Positions 11,128 to 19,437 of a stretch of 40,832 nucleotides of DNA are shown one piece after another. The stretch lies in NCBI GenBank assembly GCA_046725765.1, contig JBKOZH010000252.1, positions 1 to 40,832 on the forward strand. The letters run 5' to 3'. The DNA is from Candidatus Methylomirabilota bacterium. GTDB taxonomy: Bacteria > Methylomirabilota > Methylomirabilia > Rokubacteriales > CSP1-6. Below the pieces are notes generated by a model, which saw only the letters and a program-made list of their open reading frames with translations, ran no database searches and was not told the origin of the DNA. Position numbers and translations under genes: made by a program. Positions within the stretch are counted from its first letter, which is position 1; the number at the start of each line of letters is the position of its first letter.

Positions 11128-11922
11128 CTACGTCGACGCGGAAGGAACCTCGCTGCTTGCGATCAGCCGCTGGACCGTCGCGAACAGCTCGTCGTCGTCC
11201 ACCGGCTTGGAGAGAATGGCCACCGACGATCCCGGACTCGAGCGCGTGGCTTCGGGAATGTCGGCGTCGCCAGTGATGAAGATGACGGGCACGCGTTGGC
11301 CGGCGGCCCTGAGCGCTTCGTGCACGGCGACGCCGCTCAGGCCTGGCATGCGCACGTCGAGCACGAGGCAGCTCGGTGTGTCGGCGCCGTCCCACTCCAG
11401 CAGCTCGCGACCCGAGGCGAAGGTCCAGACACGGTAGCCGGCCGTCGAGAGGAGCCGGCTGAGTCCACGTCGCACCGAGACGTCGTCGTCGACGACGACG
11501 ATGAGCCTGCCGCCGGTCTGCCGCGGCGAACCATTGCAGAGCCGTTGCCACTCTCGACGGAGCTCGTGCGACACGCGACGATGGTCGACGGACGTTTTGA
11601 TCGCCTGGTCGGCGACGACGATTTTCAGGCACAGGGCATGGAACGCCTCGCGCTCGAAGCGTGCCGGCTGCTCGCCGGGCCCGATCGGCTCGTGGCAATG
11701 GACGCACCGCACGCGGTAGACGATCGACACGACCTCGCGCCGGCAACGCGCGCAGGCGGCGCGGCGGGCAAACACCGTGCTGTCATCGTCCAGGAGCCGC
11801 TCGGTCGTCGCGCGCATGTCGGCGAGGCTCGCGCCGCACGCGATGGTGAGACACGCGTCGCACATCGCTTCACCCGAGGCGTCGGTCAGGACGCGTCGCA
11901 CCGCGTCGGCGAGGATGGTCAC
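11128..11922 (-). CDS. Receiver protein with N-terminal Cys-rich zinc-binding modules (CxxC..CxxC plus LIM-like CxxC-x18-HxxC)
   Basis: CDAC, CARC, CVHC...FHALC, then an intact FixJ-type receiver (VVDDD, LVLDVRMPG, FITG, LSKP) with no HTH; GTGA overlap with the kinase stop. Confidence 0.82.
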   Translation of the reverse strand: MTILADAVRRVLTDASGEAMCDACLTIACGASLADMRATTERLLDDDSTVFARRAACARCRREVVSIVYRVRCVHCHEPIGPGEQPARFEREAFHALCLKIVVADQAIKTSVDHRRVSHELRREWQRLCNGSPRQTGGRLIVVVDDDVSVRRGLSRLLSTAGYRVWTFASGRELLEWDGADTPSCLVLDVRMPGLSGVAVHEALRAAGQRVPVIFITGDADIPEATRSSPGSSVAILSKPVDDDELFATVQRLIASSEVPSAST

Positions 11923-14402
11923 GCCGTGTAGCCGGTGACCGGTACGGTGACGTGGAACGTCGTCCCCGCCGTCGGGTTGTTGACGGCCCAGATGCGTCCG
12001 CCGTACGCCACGACGATCGAGCGTGCAATGGACAGTCCCATGCCCATGCCGTCGGACTTCGTCGTGTAGAACGGCTCGAAGATCGTCGCCTCCGTTCCGG
12101 GCTCGAGGCCAGGACCGGTGTCCTGAACGGCCAGGTGAACGGCCTTGTCGTCCTCGCTCGTCGTGCGGACGATCACGACACGCTCGCTGCGCTCCGTTCC
12201 CGTCATGGCCTCCATCGCGTTCACGAGGAGGTTGAGGATCACCTGCTGCATCTGCACGCGATCGGCTCTCACGAGCGGAAGCGCGGGGTCGAGGTCGACG
12301 GTGATGGAGACGTCTCGCATGATGGCATCACTGGTCAGCAGCTTGACCACTTCACCGACCAGCACATTCACGTCGAGCAGGACCGGGCGGACCTTGCCCT
12401 TGCGCAAGAGCTCGCGCAGGCGGCGGATGACTTCGCTGGCACGGCGGTTGTCGGACACGATGTCGGCCAGGCAGTCGCGGATCTCGCCGAGGTCGGGCGC
12501 GGGCACCGCGAGAAAGCGCTGCGCGGCCCGCGCATTGGCGAGAATCCCGCTGAGCGGTTGATTCAGCTCGTGGGCGAGCGAGGCTGTGAGCTCGCCGATC
12601 GTCGACACCCGCGTGAAGTGGGCGAGCTCCTGACGGGTTTGCTGAGCGTCCAGCTCGACCCGCCGCCGCTCGGTGACGTCCGTGAAGGACACGACGGCGC
12701 CGCCCTCGTCGCGATGCAGCGGCAGGACGGTCATCGCGAACCACCGCTCGCCGGCCGGCGAGGGGCGCGGATACTCGAGCGAGAATTCCGGCGATTTTCC
12801 GTCGATGACCGACTCGATTCCCGCGGCCACGTCGGCGGAGAGGGCGCTGCCGGCCGGCAGGGCGCGGCGGCACAGGTCCTCGGCGTTGGCGCCGACGTCG
12901 ACGCTGCCGTCGGCGCCGTCGTTACCGCTTGGGCCGAAGCGGCGCCACGCGGCGTTGATGGCGACCACGCGCCCGTCGCGGTTCAGCACGGCCACGCTGC
13001 TGTTCAACGACGCGAGGATCGCCGTGTTCATGATCTCGCTGGCCCGCAGCGCGTCCTCCGCCTTCTTCCGTGCGATGACGTTGGCGAACACTTCGGCCAC
13101 CAGGCGAAGCTGCCACACCATCTCCGGTGGCCACTGGCGTCCGGTCGCGAGCGGCCCGAACCGCACCACACACACGTCCGTCACCAGCGTGGGTAACTCC
13201 GTCATGTCGTCCCACGATCCCGACAGCGGCAACTCACGACGGGCAGGCACGTGGCGAGCGGCCCAGGAGTGGGTCGGCATGAACGCGTCGTCGGCCGGGG
13301 AGAACTGGTAGATCGTGATGTGTTCGACGCCCAGATACTGGCCGAGCTCGTGGAGGCGTCCCTCGATCACGCGGTCGATCTCGTGACTCGGCAGATGGAC
13401 GAAGGCGCGCGAGAGGCGCGAGAGCATTTCCTCGAAGCGCAGCCGGCCCACCAGCGTCAGCCGGGTGAGCTCCTGCTGCTCGATCAGGGCCGCCAGGCAC
13501 ATCAGCGGGATGGTGAGCGAGATCAGCACGATCTGAAGCGACAAAACGTTGCCGATCTCCGCGAGCACGGCGAACGAGCCGTAGCCGTGTATGCCGGCCG
13601 TGATCGCAGAGACCTCGATGGTCAGCACCGAAAGGCTCGTGCCCGCCGGCCCGAGGCGTACGGCCGCCCAGCTGGTGAACGGCAACACGAGCGCGAGCAC
13701 GATCATCGGCGTGACGACGAGGCCGGTGACGAGGTCGGCGGTCCCCAACGCCACGCTGATGGCAACGAGGGAGACGCACAGCGCGATGGCCTCCGCCCAG
13801 CGCCGTCGCAGCAGCCGACGCGTCCACTCGAGGTCCCTGGCGAACGCCATCATCAGCGGCGGCACGAGGGTGAGCTCGGTGAGCATGTTGGAAAAGAATC
13901 GCGTGCGCCAGACGAGCGCGTAGTTCTCGCCACGCAGCAGGCTCACCGCCGCGGCATCGAGAAAGGACGAGAAGAACGGCGCGGCGATCCCCGCGCAGAC
14001 GATGAACGTGCCCGCCGAGCGCAGCGAGTCGAAGGTGATGCGGCCGCGCGGAGCGAAGCGCCTCACGAGCAGCGCGGCGATCAGCGCCTCGCTGCAGTTG
14101 GTCACGAACACCGCGAAGATGAACGCGTTCGGAAAGGAGTCGGGCAGGGCCGCCAGGTGGGCGGGCAGGGCGGCGAGCAGATAGATGCCCCAGTGCCGAG
14201 GCGAGGTCATCAGTAGTGTTGCGGTGAGAATGGCGTTCGGTGGCCAGACCACCGACGGGGTCAGCGTCTGGAATTTCAGCTGGACGCCGAGCCGAGCGCC
14301 AGCGTAGTACCCCAGCGCGACCAGGAGCGCGGTCGCCACGATACGACCCCTGGGATCGTCGAACCACCCGCGCAGCTTTCCGAGCACAGGCCTCACCCGC
14401 AT
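11919..14402 (-). CDS. MASE1-domain membrane sensor histidine kinase (MASE1-GAF-like-PAS-HisKA-HATPase; FixL-like transmitter)
   Basis: VWPPNAIL MASE1 motif and about 8 TM segments; H-box GELTASLAHELNQPL, QQVILNLLVNA, DTGPG, FEPFYTTKSDGMGMGL. Confidence 0.92.
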   Translation of the reverse strand: MRVRPVLGKLRGWFDDPRGRIVATALLVALGYYAGARLGVQLKFQTLTPSVVWPPNAILTATLLMTSPRHWGIYLLAALPAHLAALPDSFPNAFIFAVFVTNCSEALIAALLVRRFAPRGRITFDSLRSAGTFIVCAGIAAPFFSSFLDAAAVSLLRGENYALVWRTRFFSNMLTELTLVPPLMMAFARDLEWTRRLLRRRWAEAIALCVSLVAISVALGTADLVTGLVVTPMIVLALVLPFTSWAAVRLGPAGTSLSVLTIEVSAITAGIHGYGSFAVLAEIGNVLSLQIVLISLTIPLMCLAALIEQQELTRLTLVGRLRFEEMLSRLSRAFVHLPSHEIDRVIEGRLHELGQYLGVEHITIYQFSPADDAFMPTHSWAARHVPARRELPLSGSWDDMTELPTLVTDVCVVRFGPLATGRQWPPEMVWQLRLVAEVFANVIARKKAEDALRASEIMNTAILASLNSSVAVLNRDGRVVAINAAWRRFGPSGNDGADGSVDVGANAEDLCRRALPAGSALSADVAAGIESVIDGKSPEFSLEYPRPSPAGERWFAMTVLPLHRDEGGAVVSFTDVTERRRVELDAQQTRQELAHFTRVSTIGELTASLAHELNQPLSGILANARAAQRFLAVPAPDLGEIRDCLADIVSDNRRASEVIRRLRELLRKGKVRPVLLDVNVLVGEVVKLLTSDAIMRDVSITVDLDPALPLVRADRVQMQQVILNLLVNAMEAMTGTERSERVVIVRTTSEDDKAVHLAVQDTGPGLEPGTEATIFEPFYTTKSDGMGMGLSIARSIVVAYGGRIWAVNNPTAGTTFHVTVPVTGYTA

Positions 14403-14518
14403 GGCTCGTGACGCGTCATCCTAGTCGATCATCGTCGCGGCGACCAGCCGCCGGAACGAGCAGAAGCGTCGCCCGACGGCATCGGGGTAGCGAAACACGG
14501 ACGGAAGCCAGAGGAACC

Positions 14519-14590
14519 TGGACTTTGGTCTTATTCCGCTGGCATTGCAAGATGTGCGACGAGAGCGACACGGTGTGGGTCTCAGGACCG
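14519..14590. promoter_or_regulatory. Two candidate DosR-type boxes (TGGAC-TTTG-GTCTT 14519-14532; GGGTC-TCAG-GACCG 14577-14590) upstream of the MASE1 kinase
   Basis: GGnC-N4-GnC(C) dyads in an intergenic region; the first shares ctggacttt with the 15936 site. Confidence 0.35.
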
Positions 14591-14598
14591 GTGAGGGA

Positions 14599-15915
14599 TC
14601 AGCGTCGACGCGCCAGGGGCAGGCGAACGGTGAACTCGGTGCCTTCACCGAGTCCGGCGCTGTGCGCGCTCACCGTTCCTCCGTGGCGCTCGACCAGAGC
14701 GCGGACCAGCGCCAGGCCCAGCCCGAGCCCACCCTGCGCGCGATGGCGGGAGCGCTCGACCTGGGTGAAGAGGTTGAACACGTGAGGCAGCATGTCCGAG
14801 GCGATGCCGATGCCGTCGTCACGCACGGTCACGATCGCGTCGCCGCCCGTCTTCGCGACCGTCACCCGGATCGGCTCACCGCGCGGCGTGTACTTCACGG
14901 CGTTGGTCAAGAGATTGCCGATGACCTGCTCGAGGCGAATCGGATCGCCCTTGACGACGATCGGCTCGGGCGCCAGGGACAGCGCGATGTTGTGCTTCTC
15001 GGCGAGCGGCGACAGCTGCAACGCCTCGAAGCTGTGGCGCGCCACCTCGCAGACGTCGACAGGCTGCAGATTCAGCGTCAGCTTGTCGAAGCGCAGACGC
15101 GAGACGTCGAGGATCTCGTCCACGAGCGTGGCGAGATGTCGGGCCTGATGCGCCATGATCGCCTGCAACCGCCTGATGTCGGGCGCGGCGGCCACACGGC
15201 CGAGCATCTGCAGGGCGTTCACGAGCGGCGCCAGCGGGTTACGCAGCTCATGGGCGAGCCGCGCGAGGAAATCGTCCTTTCGACGGTTGGCGTCACGCGT
15301 CTCGTGATAGAGGCGCGCGTTGTCGACCGCGGTCGCCGCGTGCGTGGCGAAGCTGCCGGCGACGAGCATGTCGTCTGCGGTGAAGGGGCGCGCCGCGCCG
15401 CGGGCCACCGCGAACACGCCGATGACCTCCCACGACGCGCGCAGTGGCACCACGATGCCGACACGTCCCCGGCCGATGTCCGGCAGGGTGAGGGCGTCGC
15501 TCAGCCGCAGCGCGTCGGTGAGGCGGGCGCGCGTCTCCGCGGGCGCGGTATCGCCGAAGACACTGGTCGCATCGCCGAAGGCGCCGCGGACGGTCAGCGC
15601 GCCATCGTCCACGAGCAGCACACCGGCGACGTCCGCGCCGAGCAGCTCGGCGCCCCGCTGCGCGATCCGCGGCAGGAGCGTCGCCTCGCCCACACGCGCG
15701 CGCAGCAGCTCGTGGCTGATGTCGAGCAGCTGCTGGAAGCGCGCGTGGCGCTCGCGCAGGTCCTCGAGCAACCGCTCGTTCTGCAGCGCCATGCGGAGCA
15801 ACCTCGCCCGCTCGCTCTCGAGCGCGAGCCGTTCCGGCATGGCGCTCAGCGGCGCGCCGACCTCCGCGGCAGCAGCCCCGGCATACGTGGGGGTCATGTC
15901 ACGGTACGAGACCAT
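14599..15915 (-). CDS. Cytoplasmic GAF-HisKA-HATPase sensor histidine kinase
   Basis: GAF ending AVDNARLY; KDDFLARLAHELRNPL, RLEQVIGNLLTNAVKYT, DDGIG, GGLGLGL. Start uncertain (15915 or 15897). Confidence 0.88.
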   Translation of the reverse strand: MVSYRDMTPTYAGAAAAEVGAPLSAMPERLALESERARLLRMALQNERLLEDLRERHARFQQLLDISHELLRARVGEATLLPRIAQRGAELLGADVAGVLLVDDGALTVRGAFGDATSVFGDTAPAETRARLTDALRLSDALTLPDIGRGRVGIVVPLRASWEVIGVFAVARGAARPFTADDMLVAGSFATHAATAVDNARLYHETRDANRRKDDFLARLAHELRNPLAPLVNALQMLGRVAAAPDIRRLQAIMAHQARHLATLVDEILDVSRLRFDKLTLNLQPVDVCEVARHSFEALQLSPLAEKHNIALSLAPEPIVVKGDPIRLEQVIGNLLTNAVKYTPRGEPIRVTVAKTGGDAIVTVRDDGIGIASDMLPHVFNLFTQVERSRHRAQGGLGLGLALVRALVERHGGTVSAHSAGLGEGTEFTVRLPLARRR

Positions 15916-15936
15916 GCTCGTGCCCGATTGGAAAAC

Positions 15937-15963
15937 TGGACTTTCGACCCGGACAGATGACCA
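15937..15963. promoter_or_regulatory. Tandem DosR-like boxes TGGAC-TTTC-GACCC / CGGAC-AGAT-GACCA between the divergent kinase and FixJ-like genes
   Basis: Two abutting GGAC-N4-GACC motifs read directly. Confidence 0.42.
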
Positions 15964-16046
15964 GCGAGGGTGATACCGTGTCCTGGATGCCGGACCACGA
16001 TCGCGTCGAGATGCCACGGCGACTGCCGTTGCCGAGCCCAGCACCC

Positions 16047-16721
16047 ATGAGCGCACCGTCCGGCCCGAGCGGCGTGAAGCCCGACGGCGCCGACGCGCGC
16101 GGTCTCGTCTTCGTCATCGACGACGATGAGTCCGTCCGGCGCGGCCTCGATCGCCTGCTGCGATCCGACGGCCTCGACGTCAAATGCTTCAGCTCGCCGA
16201 AGGATTTCGTCGCCGGTCCGTTGTCAGACCGGCTCGCGTGCGTGGTGCTCGACCTGCGCCTGCCAGGCGCGAGCGGCCTGGAGGTGCAGGAGACGCTGGC
16301 GCGCGCGGGCTGCGACCTGCCCATCATCTTCATCAGCGGGTATGCCGATGTCCGTTCGAGCGTGCGCGCGCTGAAGGCTGGAGCCGTCGATTTCTTACAA
16401 AAGCCGGTGGGCGACCAGACGCTCCTCGACACTATCCACGAGACGCTCGACCGCGCCCGCGTGGCGCGGCGCGAGCGCGCGAATCGGGCGGCGATCCAGG
16501 CGCGATTCGACCTGCTGAGCCGCCGCGAGCGCGACGTGCTACGGCTGCTGCTGCGCGGCCTGCTCAACAAGCAGATCGCCGCCGAGCTCGGCATCAGCGA
16601 GAAGACGGTGAAGTTCCATCGCGCGCGCGTGATGGCCAAGACCGAGGCCGGTTCGGTGGCCGGTCTCGTCCGCCAGGCCGAGCGGATCCGGTTCGACACG
16701 GTTCCCGGCGAGGTGTCGTAG
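16047..16721 (+). CDS. FixJ/TodT-family response regulator (REC + LuxR HTH)
   Basis: VIDDD, VVLDLRLPG, FISG, FLQKP, LSRRERDVL...NKQIAAELGISEKTVKFHRARVMAK; start uncertain (ATGs from 15957 to 16047). Confidence 0.9.
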   Translation: MSAPSGPSGVKPDGADARGLVFVIDDDESVRRGLDRLLRSDGLDVKCFSSPKDFVAGPLSDRLACVVLDLRLPGASGLEVQETLARAGCDLPIIFISGYADVRSSVRALKAGAVDFLQKPVGDQTLLDTIHETLDRARVARRERANRAAIQARFDLLSRRERDVLRLLLRGLLNKQIAAELGISEKTVKFHRARVMAKTEAGSVAGLVRQAERIRFDTVPGEVS

Positions 16722-16725
16722 CGCG

Positions 16726-17664
16726 TCACCGGACGATCAGCTCCTGCACGTCTTCGTGGCTGTCCATCGGAAACACCGTCAGCGTGGTCGCGTCCAGTCG
16801 CATCTTCATGAGGTCGACCAGCCGCACCCGCCGATTGCCGTACGTGTGGAAGTACAGGCGGCGCGTCGTCGTATCGATGGCGCTCGTGTACTGCGTGTAG
16901 TCGCAGTAGACGTGCTCGCCGCTCTCGACGCGGACGGCGCCGCGCGGGATGTCGCATCCGGCCAGGATGTGAAACGCCGCCTGGACCGCCCGCTCCGTGG
17001 TGTCGACGGGCGGACCGGCCTGCGAGAGCGCCACCGCGCGCACGAAGCGCGCGGCCGGCGTCGCGTCGCCCGGCAGCTCGCGATCGGCGTATTGCCTGAG
17101 GTTTCTGACGTGCCAGTCGAATTCGGGGGCGTTCGTCACGACGCCGAGTGGATTGTCGTGGATCGTCAGCTCGTGATCGACGAATTCCACGACGATGCAG
17201 CGCCCGTCGGCGTCGTGCAGCACGTAGTGCAGCGGGGGCACGAAGCCCCATGGCTCGAAGACGCTGGCGCCCACGCGCACGTCCCGGAGTGCTGTGGCGG
17301 CGGCGTCGACGTGGGCGAAACGGGTCAGCAGCCAGATCGGCAGTTCCATGGGGGCGAGCGCGCGTGCGGCGTCGCCGGGGTCGACCGTCTGGTACTCCGC
17401 GCACCGGGGATGATAGAGGGCGCTCACGGCCAGTCCCTTCTCGTTGACGCCGTCGATGAACAGGGGAAGCCCATGCGTGTTGACCCCGACCGTGGCGTAC
17501 GTCGACGTCCACGTCATCCCGGGCTCGCCCCCCGGCCCCATGCTCCGCAGTGCATAGCCCCGCGGCACCACGATGACGTCGGAGGGGGTCTTGTCGGCGA
17601 AGTCCATCGCCCGGGCATGCACGACACCCCCTGAGGTGGTCGTCAGCCGGATGGCCGTGCACAT
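16726..17664 (-). CDS. Second linear amide C-N hydrolase (choloylglycine hydrolase family)
   Basis: MCTA N-terminal Cys at ATG 17664, ARAMDF, DGVNEKGL, VVTNAPEFDWH, LPGDATPAARFVRA, DYTQYTS. Confidence 0.9.
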   Translation of the reverse strand: MCTAIRLTTTSGGVVHARAMDFADKTPSDVIVVPRGYALRSMGPGGEPGMTWTSTYATVGVNTHGLPLFIDGVNEKGLAVSALYHPRCAEYQTVDPGDAARALAPMELPIWLLTRFAHVDAAATALRDVRVGASVFEPWGFVPPLHYVLHDADGRCIVVEFVDHELTIHDNPLGVVTNAPEFDWHVRNLRQYADRELPGDATPAARFVRAVALSQAGPPVDTTERAVQAAFHILAGCDIPRGAVRVESGEHVYCDYTQYTSAIDTTTRRLYFHTYGNRRVRLVDLMKMRLDATTLTVFPMDSHEDVQELIVR

Positions 17665-17870
17665 GGGCCGCCGTGCCCTCACGCCCCGCGATTGGTCGGC
17701 GCCGTTCGGACGTTCATGTGCGCGCTCAGATGAAAGACCGCGGCGGTGAGTCCCGGCAGGGCCGAACGGCGATTCCGCGCCCGCGGACGGAACTACAAAC
17801 GCGAGGTGCCTGTGTCGCAGGCATTCAAGTTGCTCGCCGGGTCACTGTCGCGGTCGGCTTCGTCCCGCCG

Positions 17871-18111
17871 GTGAAGTGCGGACGGTGTAGCTGGCCCATC
17901 GGCGACAACGACGCCTTCGTCGACGAGCAAGACGATCTGTTTCACCACCACGGCTGGCGGATTCTGGAGGCCAATGCCCGAATCGCCGACTCATACCAGA
18001 TCGCGCGGGCGTCACGCGAGCTGATCCGACAGAGCCTCGCGAGCTGATCCGACAGAGCCTCGCGCTCGTTCAAACCGTTTCACCCCAGCGCAGCGCGGGC
18101 GAGACGGCCTA
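17871..18111 (+). pseudogene. Degenerate paralog of the LIM-like zinc-finger module of 11128..11922
   Basis: KCGRCSWPIG-x-FHHHGW aligns without gaps to RCVHCHEPIG-x-FHALCL; the fourth Cys is Gly (GGC); a 23-bp duplication causes an early TGA at 18045-18047. Confidence 0.55.
18015..18064. repeat. Perfect 23-bp tandem duplication (cgcgagctgatccgacagagcct x2 + cgcg)
   Basis: Read directly from the sequence. Confidence 0.95.
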
Positions 18112-18180
18112 GCGCCGCCTTTTCAGTCGGGCCGCCGCACTGGCGCGTTGGGCCAGCGGCGAGCCGCGATTCGACGCTCG

Positions 18181-19365
18181 CTAGCACATGAGCCAGTCGC
18201 CGTAGGTCCCGCGGATCGGCTTGCCCTCGGCGAACCGGGAAAGCCGGAAGGTGGGGAGATCAGGATGCGCGCCGGGGCCGTCGGTGATGAGCGCCGCGAC
18301 CATGTGACCCACGGCGGGCGAGAGCTTGAAGCCATGACCGGAGAACCCGGCCGCGACGTGATATCCGGTGGGGCCGACGCGGTCGAGGATCGGATGCCAG
18401 TCGGGCGTAACGTCGAAGCAGCCGGCGTAACCGCGCGCGATGTGACCTTCGGCCAGGACGGGAAAGCGGTGGCTCACGCGGGCGAGCGCGTCCATCGACT
18501 CGTCCAGGCTCACGCCCTCCTTGTAGGCGTCGGGATCGACCGCGTCGCGCGACTCATCGGCGTCGAGCCCGCCCACCAGGATGTGCTCGCCCAGCTCGGG
18601 CCGTGTATAGATGTTGGTGACGAAGTCGTAGACCATCGGGTGCGGCCGCCGATCAGCTTCCGGCCACGTGACGATGCTGATCTTGTGGCGGCAGACGTGG
18701 ATGGGAAGCTCGACGCCCGCCATGGCCGCCAGCTCTGCGCTCCAGAGCCCGGCCGCGTTGAGCACCACCGGCGCCAGGATGTCGCCCTGGCTCGTGCGGA
18801 CGCCGCGAACACGGTCGCCCTCGACGATGAGGCCGACGACGGCGGTGTCTTCCATGAGGCGGGCGCCGGCGGCGCGGGCGGCGCGCGCGAATCCCTGGGC
18901 GGTCTCCACGGGATTGCAGTAGCCGGACGCCGGCTCGTAGCAGCCGGCGACGAGGTCGTCCGAACGCAGTCGCGGCTCGAGCTCGCGCATCTCGGTCGGA
19001 GACACGAGCCGCGTGTCGATCCCGACCGAGCGCTGCAGCGCGACCGAAGCCTCCATCGGGGTGCGCATGTTGTCGTCCACGCCGAGCAGATACCCCGTGT
19101 GACGGAAGCCGCACGACGCGCCGTCCACTCGCTCGGCGAAGTGCTGGAAGAATTCGAGCGAGTAACGGATCATCCGGCACGTCTCGGCCGTCGAGTAGTG
19201 CTGGCGCACGCACGCCGAGCTCTTGCCGGTGCCGCCCGAGGCGAGCGTGCCCTTGTCGACGAGGACGACGTCGCGCACGCCACGCCGCGTGAGGTGAAAC
19301 GCGGTACTCGTCCCCGTCACGCCGCCCCCGATGATCACGACGTCGGCTGTACGCGATGGGCTCAT
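18181..19365 (-). CDS. FAD-dependent oxidoreductase, DAO/sarcosine oxidase beta-like
   Basis: DVVIIGGGVTG Rossmann motif, GTGKSSA, VTPDWHPIL, GFSGHGFKLSPAVG. Confidence 0.9.
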   Translation of the reverse strand: MSPSRTADVVIIGGGVTGTSTAFHLTRRGVRDVVLVDKGTLASGGTGKSSACVRQHYSTAETCRMIRYSLEFFQHFAERVDGASCGFRHTGYLLGVDDNMRTPMEASVALQRSVGIDTRLVSPTEMRELEPRLRSDDLVAGCYEPASGYCNPVETAQGFARAARAAGARLMEDTAVVGLIVEGDRVRGVRTSQGDILAPVVLNAAGLWSAELAAMAGVELPIHVCRHKISIVTWPEADRRPHPMVYDFVTNIYTRPELGEHILVGGLDADESRDAVDPDAYKEGVSLDESMDALARVSHRFPVLAEGHIARGYAGCFDVTPDWHPILDRVGPTGYHVAAGFSGHGFKLSPAVGHMVAALITDGPGAHPDLPTFRLSRFAEGKPIRGTYGDWLMC

Positions 19366-19437
19366 GGGGGCGATGCTATCGGGGGCCACGCGTCGACGCA
19401 ACGCCCCGCGAGTTGCCCGGCCGGGCGGGGCGGACGT

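Noticed and set aside
14421-14648. 75-aa minus-strand ORF between the two kinases, considered as a frameshifted receiver
   Set aside because: No receiver motifs; the region looks regulatory
18015-18064. Possible CRISPR repeat or att site
   Set aside because: Two abutting copies with no spacer; no cas, integrase or tRNA nearby
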